Origin: Candidatus Micrarchaeaceae archaeon
GTDB taxonomy: Archaea > Micrarchaeota > Micrarchaeia > Micrarchaeales > CABMGC01
NCBI GenBank assembly: GCA_038878295.1
Contig: JAVZVY010000013.1
Span: 1 to 23,362 of the forward strand
Direction of reading: 5' to 3'
DNA: 23,362 nt
The notes under the pieces are model-generated. The model worked only from the letters and a program-made list of their open reading frames with translations, had not been told where the DNA came from and ran no database searches. Shown piece by piece: positions 13,864 to 23,259 of this stretch (the stretch's first letter is position 1; each line of letters begins with the position of its first letter). Both the position numbers and the translations under genes were made by a program.

Positions 13864-14982
13864 ATGAAGGCAATTGTAGCGCAGTTGTTGTTAGTTTTGG
13901 CTCTTGTGCAGGCGGCGTTTGCTCAAGGTTATGGCTACGGCACTTCAAAAATAGAGTTAAGCGCAGCGAATATTACTGTATTGCAGGGAAATTCCGCAAC
14001 GCTTCAATACACGGTGGCTCTGAACAGCGGCTCTACATGGGGCACAACAATCAGCATAGAGAATTCAAGCGCACTAGCGGCGAGCGGCATCTCTATTTCT
14101 CTTTCAAATACTTACGGCGATCCCACATACAGCGGCACAGCGACAGTTAGTGTGTCAGGCAGCGCGGCTCCTGGCAATTATACAGCATATTTCGAAGCCA
14201 CTGGAGACGATCCTTCGGTTTCGGCCGCAGCTCTTAGAATAGAGGTTGAAAGCCCCGCAGTAAGCACAGCCACAACGACTGCCACTACAACCGCACTGCC
14301 ACAACAAACTGTGCCTAAATTTGGCCTTGTGAATTCAACTACAGTCTTTGTAAATGGCTCGAAAGGCGCTGTAGTAACTATAGCAAACAACGCTATTGTC
14401 GCTTCTATAAGGCCTGGCACTTATGTGCTTTACAAGAACGAAACTTACAAATATTACAATTTCACGCTTGCGCTCTTTTCTGTTTCTGACGTCGGAAGTC
14501 CGCCAAATGAATCCCAGTACCTGCCGAGCGCGGCTTATGCGTTCGAGGTAAACGGCAACATCTCGCCTGCTTTCGAATTTGTCAATGCCAGTGGCAAGCC
14601 ATACGCAATTATAAGCACTGTTAAGGCGAATGAAAATACAACAAGCTGGACATTCCTTGGAGGAACTTTCAACGGAACGGATTATGTTGGCGGCAAATAC
14701 GCTTTCGCTGACGTGTGGACGCACGAAAACTCCACTACGATGATAAACGACGCATTCGTGAAGCCCGTGATGTGGGTGTTTGAGAGTCCGGTCCCAACAA
14801 CAACCTCTTTGTCTACATCTGTTTCAACGACGGTTGTGCCGCCAGTGCCAGCCACGACGTCAATACCTCCAAAACCTTCGTATTCGGGAAGCACGTATGT
14901 CTACGCGGTAGTAGCGATAATAATCATAATCGTAATCGTAGTAGCGCTCGCATATGCTTACAGCAAGCGCAGGCATGCTTGA
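13864..14982 (+). CDS. Cell-surface glycoprotein: signal peptide, two extracellular domains, Thr/Pro-rich linkers, C-terminal TM anchor
   Basis: Signal peptide ending AFA-Q, about 13 NxS/T sequons, TTTATTT and PTTTS linkers, and YAVVAIIIIIVIVVALAY-SKRR. GGGGG RBS. Confidence 0.85.
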   Translation: MKAIVAQLLLVLALVQAAFAQGYGYGTSKIELSAANITVLQGNSATLQYTVALNSGSTWGTTISIENSSALAASGISISLSNTYGDPTYSGTATVSVSGSAAPGNYTAYFEATGDDPSVSAAALRIEVESPAVSTATTTATTTALPQQTVPKFGLVNSTTVFVNGSKGAVVTIANNAIVASIRPGTYVLYKNETYKYYNFTLALFSVSDVGSPPNESQYLPSAAYAFEVNGNISPAFEFVNASGKPYAIISTVKANENTTSWTFLGGTFNGTDYVGGKYAFADVWTHENSTTMINDAFVKPVMWVFESPVPTTTSLSTSVSTTVVPPVPATTSIPPKPSYSGSTYVYAVVAIIIIIVIVVALAYAYSKRRHA

Positions 14983-14984
14983 CT

Positions 14985-16067
14985 TTATTTTGAAATGCTG
15001 TAGATCCTGCCGCGCCATTCTATGCTTTCCATTCTTGAAGCTTTAACTAGGTTGTATAGGTATATTGCAGGCATAGCCAAAACAATAAAAAGTAGCGCTA
15101 AGGATCTTTTAGGCATTCTTGCAATAGATTTGTACTCGCTTATCACAAGGTGTAGAAGCAGTATAGCAAATATAGGGGCAACAAAAATCGACATCGCGAT
15201 TCCGGAAGCGAGAAGCAGAAGCTCAGCCGAATAATAGGCCGTGCCTATATAAAGATTTTTTCTGTAGCCCAGCAGAGTCAATGCAGCTTGTCTATTTGCC
15301 CATTCTGTGAAGCTCGCTGCATTTTCTTTGACATTTACAACGACTTCAGCGTCTTTCACGTAAGCTATTCCAAGGCCCTTTTCTTTTGCGCGTTTTGTTA
15401 TGCTTATGTCGTCTGATATGGCGTATTTCGAATCTTCAAGAAGGTAAAAAAGCCTTTTGTCGACAAGGTTCTTCTTGAAAGCAAGGGATCCGCCCCAGCC
15501 AAATCTTGTGATTTTGCTGCCCATAAGGCTTTGGCCTACAAGACCCCAGAGCATCTTTATCTTAGACCATATGCTATTATCTATTGGAACGAAAAAAGGG
15601 AAGGTTGTAGATATGCCTATGCGAGCATCGCTTAACGGCTTTATTAGTTTTTCAAGCCATGTGTTTGAAACTCTTATATCAGAATCGGCAATGACATAAA
15701 CGTTATAGTTTTGAAAAGTTTTCAGAGCGTATGCTATAGCTCGGTTTTTGCCACTGCATCTCTTGCATGTTCCTTTTGCAATCACGGTTTTTATTCCAAC
15801 CTTAGAGGCTGCGATTGATGCTGGATCGCTTGAAGAGTCAACAACTGCGACAATATCGTAATTGTGGTAGCTTTGGTTCTTCAAAGAGCTGAAATTTTCA
15901 AGCTGCGTCACGTCTTGGCCCTTTGCAGGCAAAATGATCAGTGTTTTTGGCTTGAAGCCCTTGACTGTTTTGTATTTTTCCGCATGTTGGAAAAAGCCAT
16001 TTATGTCAAGTGCAAGTACCGCTGCAAAGACAATTGCTATGAAACCTTCGTATATGGCAAGAAGCAT
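14985..16067 (-). CDS. GT2/GT21-like membrane glycosyltransferase (ceramide glucosyltransferase/HpnI-like)
   Basis: N-terminal TM, IILPAKG, SGKNRAI, IADSD (DxD), WGGSLAF, ISDD, WANRQ and C-terminal IEWRGRIY. Start at ATG 16067. Confidence 0.88.
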   Translation of the reverse strand: MLLAIYEGFIAIVFAAVLALDINGFFQHAEKYKTVKGFKPKTLIILPAKGQDVTQLENFSSLKNQSYHNYDIVAVVDSSSDPASIAASKVGIKTVIAKGTCKRCSGKNRAIAYALKTFQNYNVYVIADSDIRVSNTWLEKLIKPLSDARIGISTTFPFFVPIDNSIWSKIKMLWGLVGQSLMGSKITRFGWGGSLAFKKNLVDKRLFYLLEDSKYAISDDISITKRAKEKGLGIAYVKDAEVVVNVKENAASFTEWANRQAALTLLGYRKNLYIGTAYYSAELLLLASGIAMSIFVAPIFAILLLHLVISEYKSIARMPKRSLALLFIVLAMPAIYLYNLVKASRMESIEWRGRIYSISK

Positions 16068-16220
16068 GATACTAAAGAGTTGGGCAAGGTTTTTAATCGT
16101 GCATGGACTTTTTATTGACGTCCCTACGGATTCTTGCAGCAATGACCGCATATTTGAAATGTTTTACATGCTCCCTAGCAAGTCCTAATAAGTATTTAAA
16201 ATGATTGTGCATAAGTAATT

Positions 16221-17474
16221 ATGATGGAAAGCATAAAAGGACTGGCCAAGTCAAAGGATGAGCGCCTGCTTGTGCTCGCTGTCGACATAGACAACGACCT
16301 TTACAGGAAAACAAAGATAAGCGGGCCTGTTGTTGGCAGGGTCCAGAACCTCAATGCAGCAACGCAGCTTTCACTTGCCGATCCAGAGGAAACAGACGCA
16401 AACACGATGTTCCAGGCTGTGAAGCTTTACGATGAGCTCAAGAAAGAGGGCTATTTCGTAAACGTTGCTACAATAACAGGCACAGAGACTGAAGGCTATG
16501 AAGCAGATAGGGAAATAGCGAGGCAGCTAGAGCTTGTGCTCAACGAATACAAAGTCGATGCATGCATATTTGTTACAGATGGGGCCAGCGATAAGCGAGT
16601 GCTTCCTCTTGTTGAATCAAGGGTAAAGATAAACGGCGTAAGATATGTTAAGATGAAACAGGCAGAGAACCTTGAAAACACATACTTCACGCTGCTAGAA
16701 AAGCTCAAAGAACCGCACTATGCGAGGATAGTTTTTGGCATACCGGCATTGCTGCTTTTGCTTTTTGCCTTGAGCTACTTCTTCGGACTCGGCTGGGAAG
16801 CGCCTGTTGCAATCATAGGCATATACCTTGCAATAAAGGGCTTTGGCTTAGAGGACGCTCTGCTAGGTTCGCTCAGAGGTTTCGGTTTCAGCATAGACAG
16901 AATAAGCTTCGTTTTCTATCTTGGCTCGCTGCTTTTCTTCATAGCAAGCATTTTCCTCGGTTATGGCAACTATGTGTCAGAGGCTTCAGTAACCAGCAAT
17001 CCCACGCTTCTTTGGATGTATGCCATAGAGGGCTTCCTTGTGCTTCTGCCAATTGTGCTTATAATGTACCTCATAGGCAAGATAATCGATGCAAGAGGCA
17101 GCAGGTACATATTCAGGAACTTCAAGTACGGAATGTATGTGGGCTCTTCTATAATACTTTGGGTCATGCTGTACGCGTTCATAGCCTGGATAATAGGCCA
17201 GATATACTTCAGCCAACTTCTTCTGTTTGTAATACTTGCGATACTGATAGGTGTTGCTGTATCGCTATTCACGAGCTACTTAAGAAGGAAGCTGCTAAGG
17301 ACCAGGCGCCTAGTGGGCAAACTTGTAGTAAATGAGCTTGGAGCGCTTATAGGCAAGATTGCCGGAGTTAATGTCAGCAGAGGCGTAATAACGATAAACA
17401 CGAGCTTTGGGAACAAGATAAACTACACGATAGACAGGATAACCGACATATCAGACAAGGTCGTGATAAAGTAG
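16221..17474 (+). CDS. DUF373 family membrane protein with C-terminal PRC-barrel-like domain
   Basis: Motifs LVLAVDIDNDL, LADPEETDAN, FVTDGASD and VKMKQAENLENTY, about six TMs, then LVGKLVVNELGALIGKI...IDRITDISDKVVIK. Confidence 0.88.
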   Translation: MMESIKGLAKSKDERLLVLAVDIDNDLYRKTKISGPVVGRVQNLNAATQLSLADPEETDANTMFQAVKLYDELKKEGYFVNVATITGTETEGYEADREIARQLELVLNEYKVDACIFVTDGASDKRVLPLVESRVKINGVRYVKMKQAENLENTYFTLLEKLKEPHYARIVFGIPALLLLLFALSYFFGLGWEAPVAIIGIYLAIKGFGLEDALLGSLRGFGFSIDRISFVFYLGSLLFFIASIFLGYGNYVSEASVTSNPTLLWMYAIEGFLVLLPIVLIMYLIGKIIDARGSRYIFRNFKYGMYVGSSIILWVMLYAFIAWIIGQIYFSQLLLFVILAILIGVAVSLFTSYLRRKLLRTRRLVGKLVVNELGALIGKIAGVNVSRGVITINTSFGNKINYTIDRITDISDKVVIK

Positions 17475-17487
17475 TTGCGGTACGCTT

Positions 17488-17847
17488 TTATTTGTATATT
17501 GAATGATATACTGTGCCTGTGTCATCAGTGATGACTATGCATTCGCCTTCGCATTCTATTAGGCAAGCTTGGCACAGTATGCACGCTGAGCCATTAACAG
17601 CTACAGATATGCCGCCGCTGCCGTCCTTTTCAACATCTGCGAAATGGTTGTGACCGTCTTGCACGTTGCTCCATTTTGCTACAACAGCGGGGTCGCTTTT
17701 GCCAGTCCATTTGAATTCGTCAGGAGCGTGATCCGCATTAACCTCAGCTATGTTACGCCTGTCTCTTATCTCAAACACCGCTACAGGGCATACATCCCTG
17801 CAGTGATTGCATCCAGTGCATTTTGGCTTTTCTACATACACATCCAT
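17488..17847 (-). CDS. 2[4Fe-4S]-type ferredoxin with long inter-cluster insertion
   Basis: CTGCNHCRDVCP and CILCQACLIEC motifs separated by 68 residues. Confidence 0.88.
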   Translation of the reverse strand: MDVYVEKPKCTGCNHCRDVCPVAVFEIRDRRNIAEVNADHAPDEFKWTGKSDPAVVAKWSNVQDGHNHFADVEKDGSGGISVAVNGSACILCQACLIECEGECIVITDDTGTVYHSIYK

Positions 17848-17927
17848 AAAATCACAATGATAAACTCAATTATGTAGCTAAAATTAAATGTTTTTCGCTG
17901 CTTGCGAGCCAGGTCAGTAAAATTGTG

Positions 17928-18707
17928 CTAGCCTATCCCTTCAAGTATGCTTTTCGCACTGCTGGCACCTATCCTTATTTTTTCGAGTTTCCAGCCAGCG
18001 TCAATGCACGCTTTTATCCCAGAAAGAGCCTGCTCAGCATTACCTATGCCTCCAGCAAGCTTTATGCCTGTGAGTTCCTTGCTTACAACACCCGCTGCTA
18101 TCAAAGGCACTGTGTCTGGCGCAAAGCCTGTATATTCTGAATTTCTATCTGGGTGGTTTTTGCCTTTAATGGCAAAACCGGTGCTTGTCTTCACAAAATC
18201 TGCTCCTGCCCCTTCCAAATACGAAGACATTTCTGTTATTTCAGAGTTTGATAGATAGTATGTTTCCAGTATGCCTTTTGCAAGCATGCCGTGCGCGTGT
18301 GCCGAGCTCACAATTTTTTCAAGTTGGTCCCTGAACGCATCTTTATCTGATCTGAACATTGATATGTCGCACACAAAGTCTATCTCAGCTGCACAGCTGC
18401 TTGCAGCAAATTCTGTTTGGCTCACTTTGTCGCTTGTAGTTGACATGTTTCCATAAGGAAAGCCGACAACCGCTACTATATAGATACTTGCGCTGGAAAC
18501 GACGTTTGCCACCAAGCTTATTTTTGTTACAGGTATGCAGATGTGCTTTATGCCAAGGGCCACGCTCGATTCGGCAAATTCCTCAAACTGGGCGTCGGTC
18601 GAATAAGGATAGAGAAGAGTTGCGTCTATATTGCTTCTGAACCAGCTTCTGGCGCTTTCCGATGACCCAAAAATTGCACGTATTAAGTTGCTTGCTTCAT
18701 CGCCCAT
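17928..18707 (-). CDS. deoC: Deoxyribose-phosphate aldolase
   Basis: Motifs IDATLL, VVGFPYG, EIDFV, KGILET, ADFVKTSTGF (Schiff-base Lys), GIKLAGGI and RIGASS. Confidence 0.92.
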   Translation of the reverse strand: MGDEASNLIRAIFGSSESARSWFRSNIDATLLYPYSTDAQFEEFAESSVALGIKHICIPVTKISLVANVVSSASIYIVAVVGFPYGNMSTTSDKVSQTEFAASSCAAEIDFVCDISMFRSDKDAFRDQLEKIVSSAHAHGMLAKGILETYYLSNSEITEMSSYLEGAGADFVKTSTGFAIKGKNHPDRNSEYTGFAPDTVPLIAAGVVSKELTGIKLAGGIGNAEQALSGIKACIDAGWKLEKIRIGASSAKSILEGIG

Positions 18708-18738
18708 AACTTTCTACATGGCGCTCAATTATAATAAG

Positions 18739-20082
18739 CTATGCGACTGTGACTTTTACGCCCCTTACTAGAATGTCTGGCACGAAATAGTAGCTGCCTT
18801 CGGAATCCCAGGAGGTGCTCTGCCTCAGCCTTGTCGAAGCGTAGTCTATGTTCTTCAACATGCGTATCATGTTGTCGCTTATCCTTATGCCAACCATCGC
18901 CTTTGCATATGGGGCTTTTATCGCGAATTTTGGCTCGCCATTCTTTACATATATTGCAAGATCTCTTGGCACAGTGGAAAAGTCGCCGCTCAGATAGTTG
19001 CTAAACCTTGTGTACCATGTAGAGCTGAGCAAAATTCCATGGTCAAGCTTTGCTATAAGTTTATCAAAGCTTACGCGTTTCTTGTGCAGTAAAACGAGAG
19101 TGTTTGGCGAAGGTTCGACAAGTCCGGCGTTGCCTGTGCTCTTTGTGCCATATTTGACTGCCGTTGAATAATTGTGAAGATAGGTTTTAAGCACACCATT
19201 TTCTATAAGTTTGGTTCTTTGCGTGGGAAACCCTTCGCTGTCAAATGTCGATGAGTTTATGCCGCTCTTGACCCTGCCATCATCGTATATAGATAGGTTT
19301 TTGTTCGCTATCTCTTTCCCCAATTTGCCAGACAAAAAGCTGCCTGTTTCGATGCTTCCAATGCAAGCCATCGCATTGACATTTGAGAGAAGAAGACCTG
19401 CTGGAGACGGCATGTAGATGACATCGTATATGCCGTTGGCTATTTTGCCGGTGGTGAGTCCATCAATAAGTTCTATCCCGTTCCTTGCTATGCTAGTTCT
19501 TTTTATGTCATCGATGTATCTAGAAGCTATGAAATCTTGGAATGAGAGACCATTCTTTGATATGCGCAAAGTAAACCTAGAAAATGTGCTTGTTTCGCTT
19601 TCCGCAACGCGCTTGCTTGTTGCAAAGCCTGAGTTTGAGTGGCCTAGCATTAATGTGCCTGAGATGGTTTCTGCACCGAGCGAAAGCGCATCGTTTATCG
19701 CAGCATTGGCAATTTCTTTCGCGTCTTCATAGCTATAATCGATCATTTTTCTGTCATAGCCCAAATCAGGTCCGTATTTGAATGGCCCTTCTGCGATTCC
19801 GTTGTAGTCTTCCTTAGGCTTCATCTTTGATATTGTGGCTTTTGCCCTCTTGAGCGAGCTCATTATGTCTGGGTCCCTTAGGCTTTTCATAGAGACGAAG
19901 AGGATGCGCTTTTTGCTGGTGAGGAATACATCTGCACCGAGCGAATTTTTGTTAACTATTGAGTCTATCTTTGAATTTGCAATTTTTAGGTACATTCTCC
20001 TTCTTTCCGAAACATCCGCTACGGCCTCGTCGAATCCCTGAGCAATAGCCTGCTTCACTATCTTTTCTGCTATTTCTATCAT
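18739..20082 (-). CDS. pmbA: TldE/PmbA family protein
   Basis: Motifs FDSEGFPT, LIENGVLKTYLHN, STGNAG and WYTRFSNYLSGDFS. No HExxxH. Directly follows tldD. Confidence 0.88.
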   Translation of the reverse strand: MIEIAEKIVKQAIAQGFDEAVADVSERRRMYLKIANSKIDSIVNKNSLGADVFLTSKKRILFVSMKSLRDPDIMSSLKRAKATISKMKPKEDYNGIAEGPFKYGPDLGYDRKMIDYSYEDAKEIANAAINDALSLGAETISGTLMLGHSNSGFATSKRVAESETSTFSRFTLRISKNGLSFQDFIASRYIDDIKRTSIARNGIELIDGLTTGKIANGIYDVIYMPSPAGLLLSNVNAMACIGSIETGSFLSGKLGKEIANKNLSIYDDGRVKSGINSSTFDSEGFPTQRTKLIENGVLKTYLHNYSTAVKYGTKSTGNAGLVEPSPNTLVLLHKKRVSFDKLIAKLDHGILLSSTWYTRFSNYLSGDFSTVPRDLAIYVKNGEPKFAIKAPYAKAMVGIRISDNMIRMLKNIDYASTRLRQSTSWDSEGSYYFVPDILVRGVKVTVA

Positions 20083-21459
20083 CTAATCAAACTCAAGCAG
20101 CGCATCGCCGCCTCCCATAGTTACTGGCAAACCCTGCATTGGTTCGCCCTTTCCGCATTCACCAAGGTAATACTTAACATTTTTGTCAACGAGCGTGACA
20201 GAGCTCCAGAATCTTTGCGTTGTGGTTTCTATTACATAGTTTTTTACTGGCTCTTCGATGCTGCCATTTTTTATAAGATAAGCTTCGTTGCCCCTGTACC
20301 TTGCGAAGCTTCTTGTGTCGTCTATATTCCATTCCGTGAAGCTTTTCACATATATGCCGTTTCTCGCCTCTTTCAATAGGTCGTCAAAGGTGGCGTTGCC
20401 GCCTTTGAGATATGTGTTAGACATCCTCACAAGGGGCTCATTAGCATAGCTGCTGCTCCTTGCCGAGCCGTTGCTTTTGATGCCGAGCATGCCAGCGTAT
20501 TCCCTGTTGAGAAGAAGCTCCTTCTGCACGCCATTTTCGACTATTATTTTAGGTCTTGCCTTTACAGCTTCGTCATCGTATAAAAAGAATCCGTATGAGT
20601 TTTTTATCGTAGGATCGTCTATTATGGTTATGGCTTCGCTGCCTATGCGCATGCCCAGGTTGTCGCCAGTTACGTAGCTTTCGCCCGCCTGCGCTGACTC
20701 GCGGCCGAATACCCTGTCGGCTTCGTTAGGATGGCCAATGCTTTCATGCACCGCTATGCCGCTTATCTCGCTCGATATTACAATGTTTTTTATTTTTTTG
20801 AGATCTGAGCTGCTCAGGCTTATGCCTTTGCTTATGACGTTGCTTATTCCTTTTATTTCTGATTCAAGCTTTCTTACAATAGAACCCTCGTCAAGCACCT
20901 CGTAGCCGCCTGTGCCACCGAATTGGAGAAATCTCTGCCTGGTTTCGCCGCGCTCGCCTATTATGAGGCTTATGAAGGTGTTTGTTATTGGCAGGCTGCT
21001 CCTAATTTCGCTGCCTTCGGAATTTTTGAAGTAGGTAACGTCTCTGCCAAAGCCGCCGTAGACGCTTCTGAATTTCACCTTTTTGTTGTCCTTAAGAGAC
21101 TTGTCTATGCTCAGCAGCGTATCAAGCATGCTTTCGCTCGATACAGGCTTTCTTTCCCTTTCCTTGTAGTTAGCCTTTTCGCGTTTTTCTGGCGAGAGAA
21201 CAGTCGATGCTCCAAGAGGCTTTGCACCCTTGATTAAATCGGCTATGACGCTTTTGCTGAGCTTGTTGGTAGACACAGTATACATGCTGCCTTTTTTGAG
21301 AAATCTGACTCTAAGCCCAACTTCGTCGGAAAAGCCACCGCCGTTGACAAGCCCTTGCTCTATTGCAAACGAGTAAGATACGCTGTGCTCAAGATATACT
21401 TCTGCGTAATCGCCAGCAGTCTCGGCAAGCTTCAACGCGTATTCGGCTATTTCATCCAT
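20083..21459 (-). CDS. tldD: TldD metalloprotease
   Basis: HESIGHPNEADR (HExxGH), YDDEAV, LVRMSNTYL and CGKGEPMQ. Confidence 0.93.
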   Translation of the reverse strand: MDEIAEYALKLAETAGDYAEVYLEHSVSYSFAIEQGLVNGGGFSDEVGLRVRFLKKGSMYTVSTNKLSKSVIADLIKGAKPLGASTVLSPEKREKANYKERERKPVSSESMLDTLLSIDKSLKDNKKVKFRSVYGGFGRDVTYFKNSEGSEIRSSLPITNTFISLIIGERGETRQRFLQFGGTGGYEVLDEGSIVRKLESEIKGISNVISKGISLSSSDLKKIKNIVISSEISGIAVHESIGHPNEADRVFGRESAQAGESYVTGDNLGMRIGSEAITIIDDPTIKNSYGFFLYDDEAVKARPKIIVENGVQKELLLNREYAGMLGIKSNGSARSSSYANEPLVRMSNTYLKGGNATFDDLLKEARNGIYVKSFTEWNIDDTRSFARYRGNEAYLIKNGSIEEPVKNYVIETTTQRFWSSVTLVDKNVKYYLGECGKGEPMQGLPVTMGGGDALLEFD

Positions 21460-21462
21460 GCA

Positions 21463-21768
21463 CTAGCCGAACAAACTAGCCAAGCCTCCTGCGGCTTCCT
21501 CTTCCGTCTTCTTCTGCTCTTCTTCTTTCTTCTCTGAGCCCTTGTTGCTTGGTGCGCCAGCCGGAGCGGCTTGCTGCTGAGCAGGCTGGAAATTCTGCGC
21601 ATTCTTTATAATCTCTTTTATGTTCACGCCCTTGAGTGAATTCACAAGAGCTTTTATCCTGGCTTCGTCAGGAGTGATCCCTGCTGTCTTTACTAGATTT
21701 GATATGTTTTCCTCGTTTATTTCCTTTCCTGCCGCATCCAATAAAAGGGCAGCGTATATGTATTCCAT
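21463..21768 (-). CDS. rpl12: 50S ribosomal stalk protein P1 (aL12)
   Basis: [10 protein letters not shown] start, Ala/Pro hinge and C-terminal [13 protein letters not shown]. Confidence 0.98.
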   Translation of the reverse strand: MEYIYAALLLDAAGKEINEENISNLVKTAGITPDEARIKALVNSLKGVNIKEIIKNAQNFQPAQQQAAPAGAPSNKGSEKKEEEQKKTEEEAAGGLASLFG

Positions 21769-21778
21769 TTTTTACACC

Positions 21779-22618
21779 TCAAGCATTTTGGTTTGACGCG
21801 TTGTTTACAGCTACTGCCTTTGCAATCGCTTCAGCAATTAGCCTTTCAAGTATTCCTGGCTCGTATATATTTGCCGAAACGCCAAGGCCAAGAGCGCTAA
21901 AGTATGCCTTCTTTATGAACGCTTCTATGTTGTAAGGCGTTATGTATTCGGCTTCTATGCTCAGGGCGTATCCCTGCGCAAAAGCCTCTGCTATGCTCTT
22001 TATAGTGTAATCCCTGTTGATTGCAAACACGTCTTCGGTAAATAGAATGTTTTCGGAGACAGCCGCTGCGAGTGTCATTTTCGCCTCGAAAGGCATTATG
22101 TCGAGTATTTTAAGAACCTTTGCTACTGCTGCACTAACTACGGCACCCTTTTCGACTATTTTCTTGCTCTTTGCTATGACGACCTTGCCCTTCTGGATCT
22201 GTACGTCTATGCCAGCTTTTTTCAGGTCCGTGACAGTTTGACCTGGTGCTATCGATGTTTCTTTGGCTTCTACAACTATGTCGCTTTGAGCTATCTGCCC
22301 TGGCTTTGCCGGAAGTTTGACCTTGTTTGCAGAAATTTTTTCATAAAGATCAAAAACATCGTTGTTTGAGAGCACAAGCGCAACGTTTTTGTCAAGATAT
22401 TTTGAAAGCTTGCTCAGATTTTCATCGCCTTCGAGGGCCTTCAGCATGAGGTTTTTCCTGGCTATGACTATCTTTGTGGATTCGCCCTTCAGTTTGTTTC
22501 TGGCCTTCTGAAGCAGGTTGTCAGGCACTGAATTGAGCGGCATTACTCCAATTACTTTGTAGCCCTTTATTTCATCCTTGAGCCTTTTTACAAATTCAAT
22601 CTTCTCAGACTTCAACAT
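21779..22618 (-). CDS. rplP0: 50S ribosomal protein uL10 (P0)
   Basis: Motifs LQKARNKL, ARKNL, PAKPGQIA, TSIAPG, IQKGKVVI and LKILDIMP, plus three spine helices. Confidence 0.95.
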   Translation of the reverse strand: MLKSEKIEFVKRLKDEIKGYKVIGVMPLNSVPDNLLQKARNKLKGESTKIVIARKNLMLKALEGDENLSKLSKYLDKNVALVLSNNDVFDLYEKISANKVKLPAKPGQIAQSDIVVEAKETSIAPGQTVTDLKKAGIDVQIQKGKVVIAKSKKIVEKGAVVSAAVAKVLKILDIMPFEAKMTLAAAVSENILFTEDVFAINRDYTIKSIAEAFAQGYALSIEAEYITPYNIEAFIKKAYFSALGLGVSANIYEPGILERLIAEAIAKAVAVNNASNQNA

Positions 22619-22626
22619 TAAAACAC

Positions 22627-23259
22627 CTATATGAGCCTGAAAGGCTTGCTCATGCTAAGTTTTACATATACTGACTTTATATGAACTTTGCCGAGCTTTT
22701 TGCCTATGCTGTTAAGCACTTCTTCTATGTTTTCGTATATTTCCTTTGGCTGCATTGTCTCATTGCCAACCATGCAGTGCACCGTGGGCAGATATTTGCC
22801 CTTGCTTTTTATGGTAATACGCCTGTCGGCTTCAGAAGATATGCTTGGAAGCGAACTGCTGTCTATAAGCGGCTTTGGCATCATGTCCCTCGGGCCTAGG
22901 AATTGACCGAGATTCTTTGCCACAACAGGCATGAGCGCAGGCTCTGCGAAAAGCGTGTAATTTAGAAGTGATTTAAGTCTAAGCTTGTCACTAGCTATAG
23001 TTGGTATTTCGCTGCCGTTTATCACTTCTATGCCGAGCTTCTTAGCTTCGTTCATCAGAGACGCGCTGTTTGCGAACACTGCCAGCTTTGTGCTTTTGCC
23101 TTTTGGATGCGGCAGTAGTATGTTCATGTTGAGCCTGTTCTCCTGCTTGTTGAAATCTATGCCTTTAAAGTTTATCGCAAGCTCCACGCTCTGCTTGAAC
23201 TTTCTCTTGCCCTTTTCAGAGCTTATGAACTTCTCAAATTCCTCGAAACTCTCTGCCAT
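22627..23259 (-). CDS. rpl1: 50S ribosomal protein uL1
   Basis: Motifs KRKFKQSVELAINFKGID, LGQFLGPRDMMPKP, VHCMVG and VYVKLSMS. SD AGGAGG at 23266..23271. Confidence 0.97.
   Translation of the reverse strand: MAESFEEFEKFISSEKGKRKFKQSVELAINFKGIDFNKQENRLNMNILLPHPKGKSTKLAVFANSASLMNEAKKLGIEVINGSEIPTIASDKLRLKSLLNYTLFAEPALMPVVAKNLGQFLGPRDMMPKPLIDSSSLPSISSEADRRITIKSKGKYLPTVHCMVGNETMQPKEIYENIEEVLNSIGKKLGKVHIKSVYVKLSMSKPFRLI

Noticed and set aside
14255..14880. Thr/Pro-rich repeats in the surface protein as a DNA repeat array
   Set aside because: These are codon-level low-complexity linkers with no fixed-length repeat unit.
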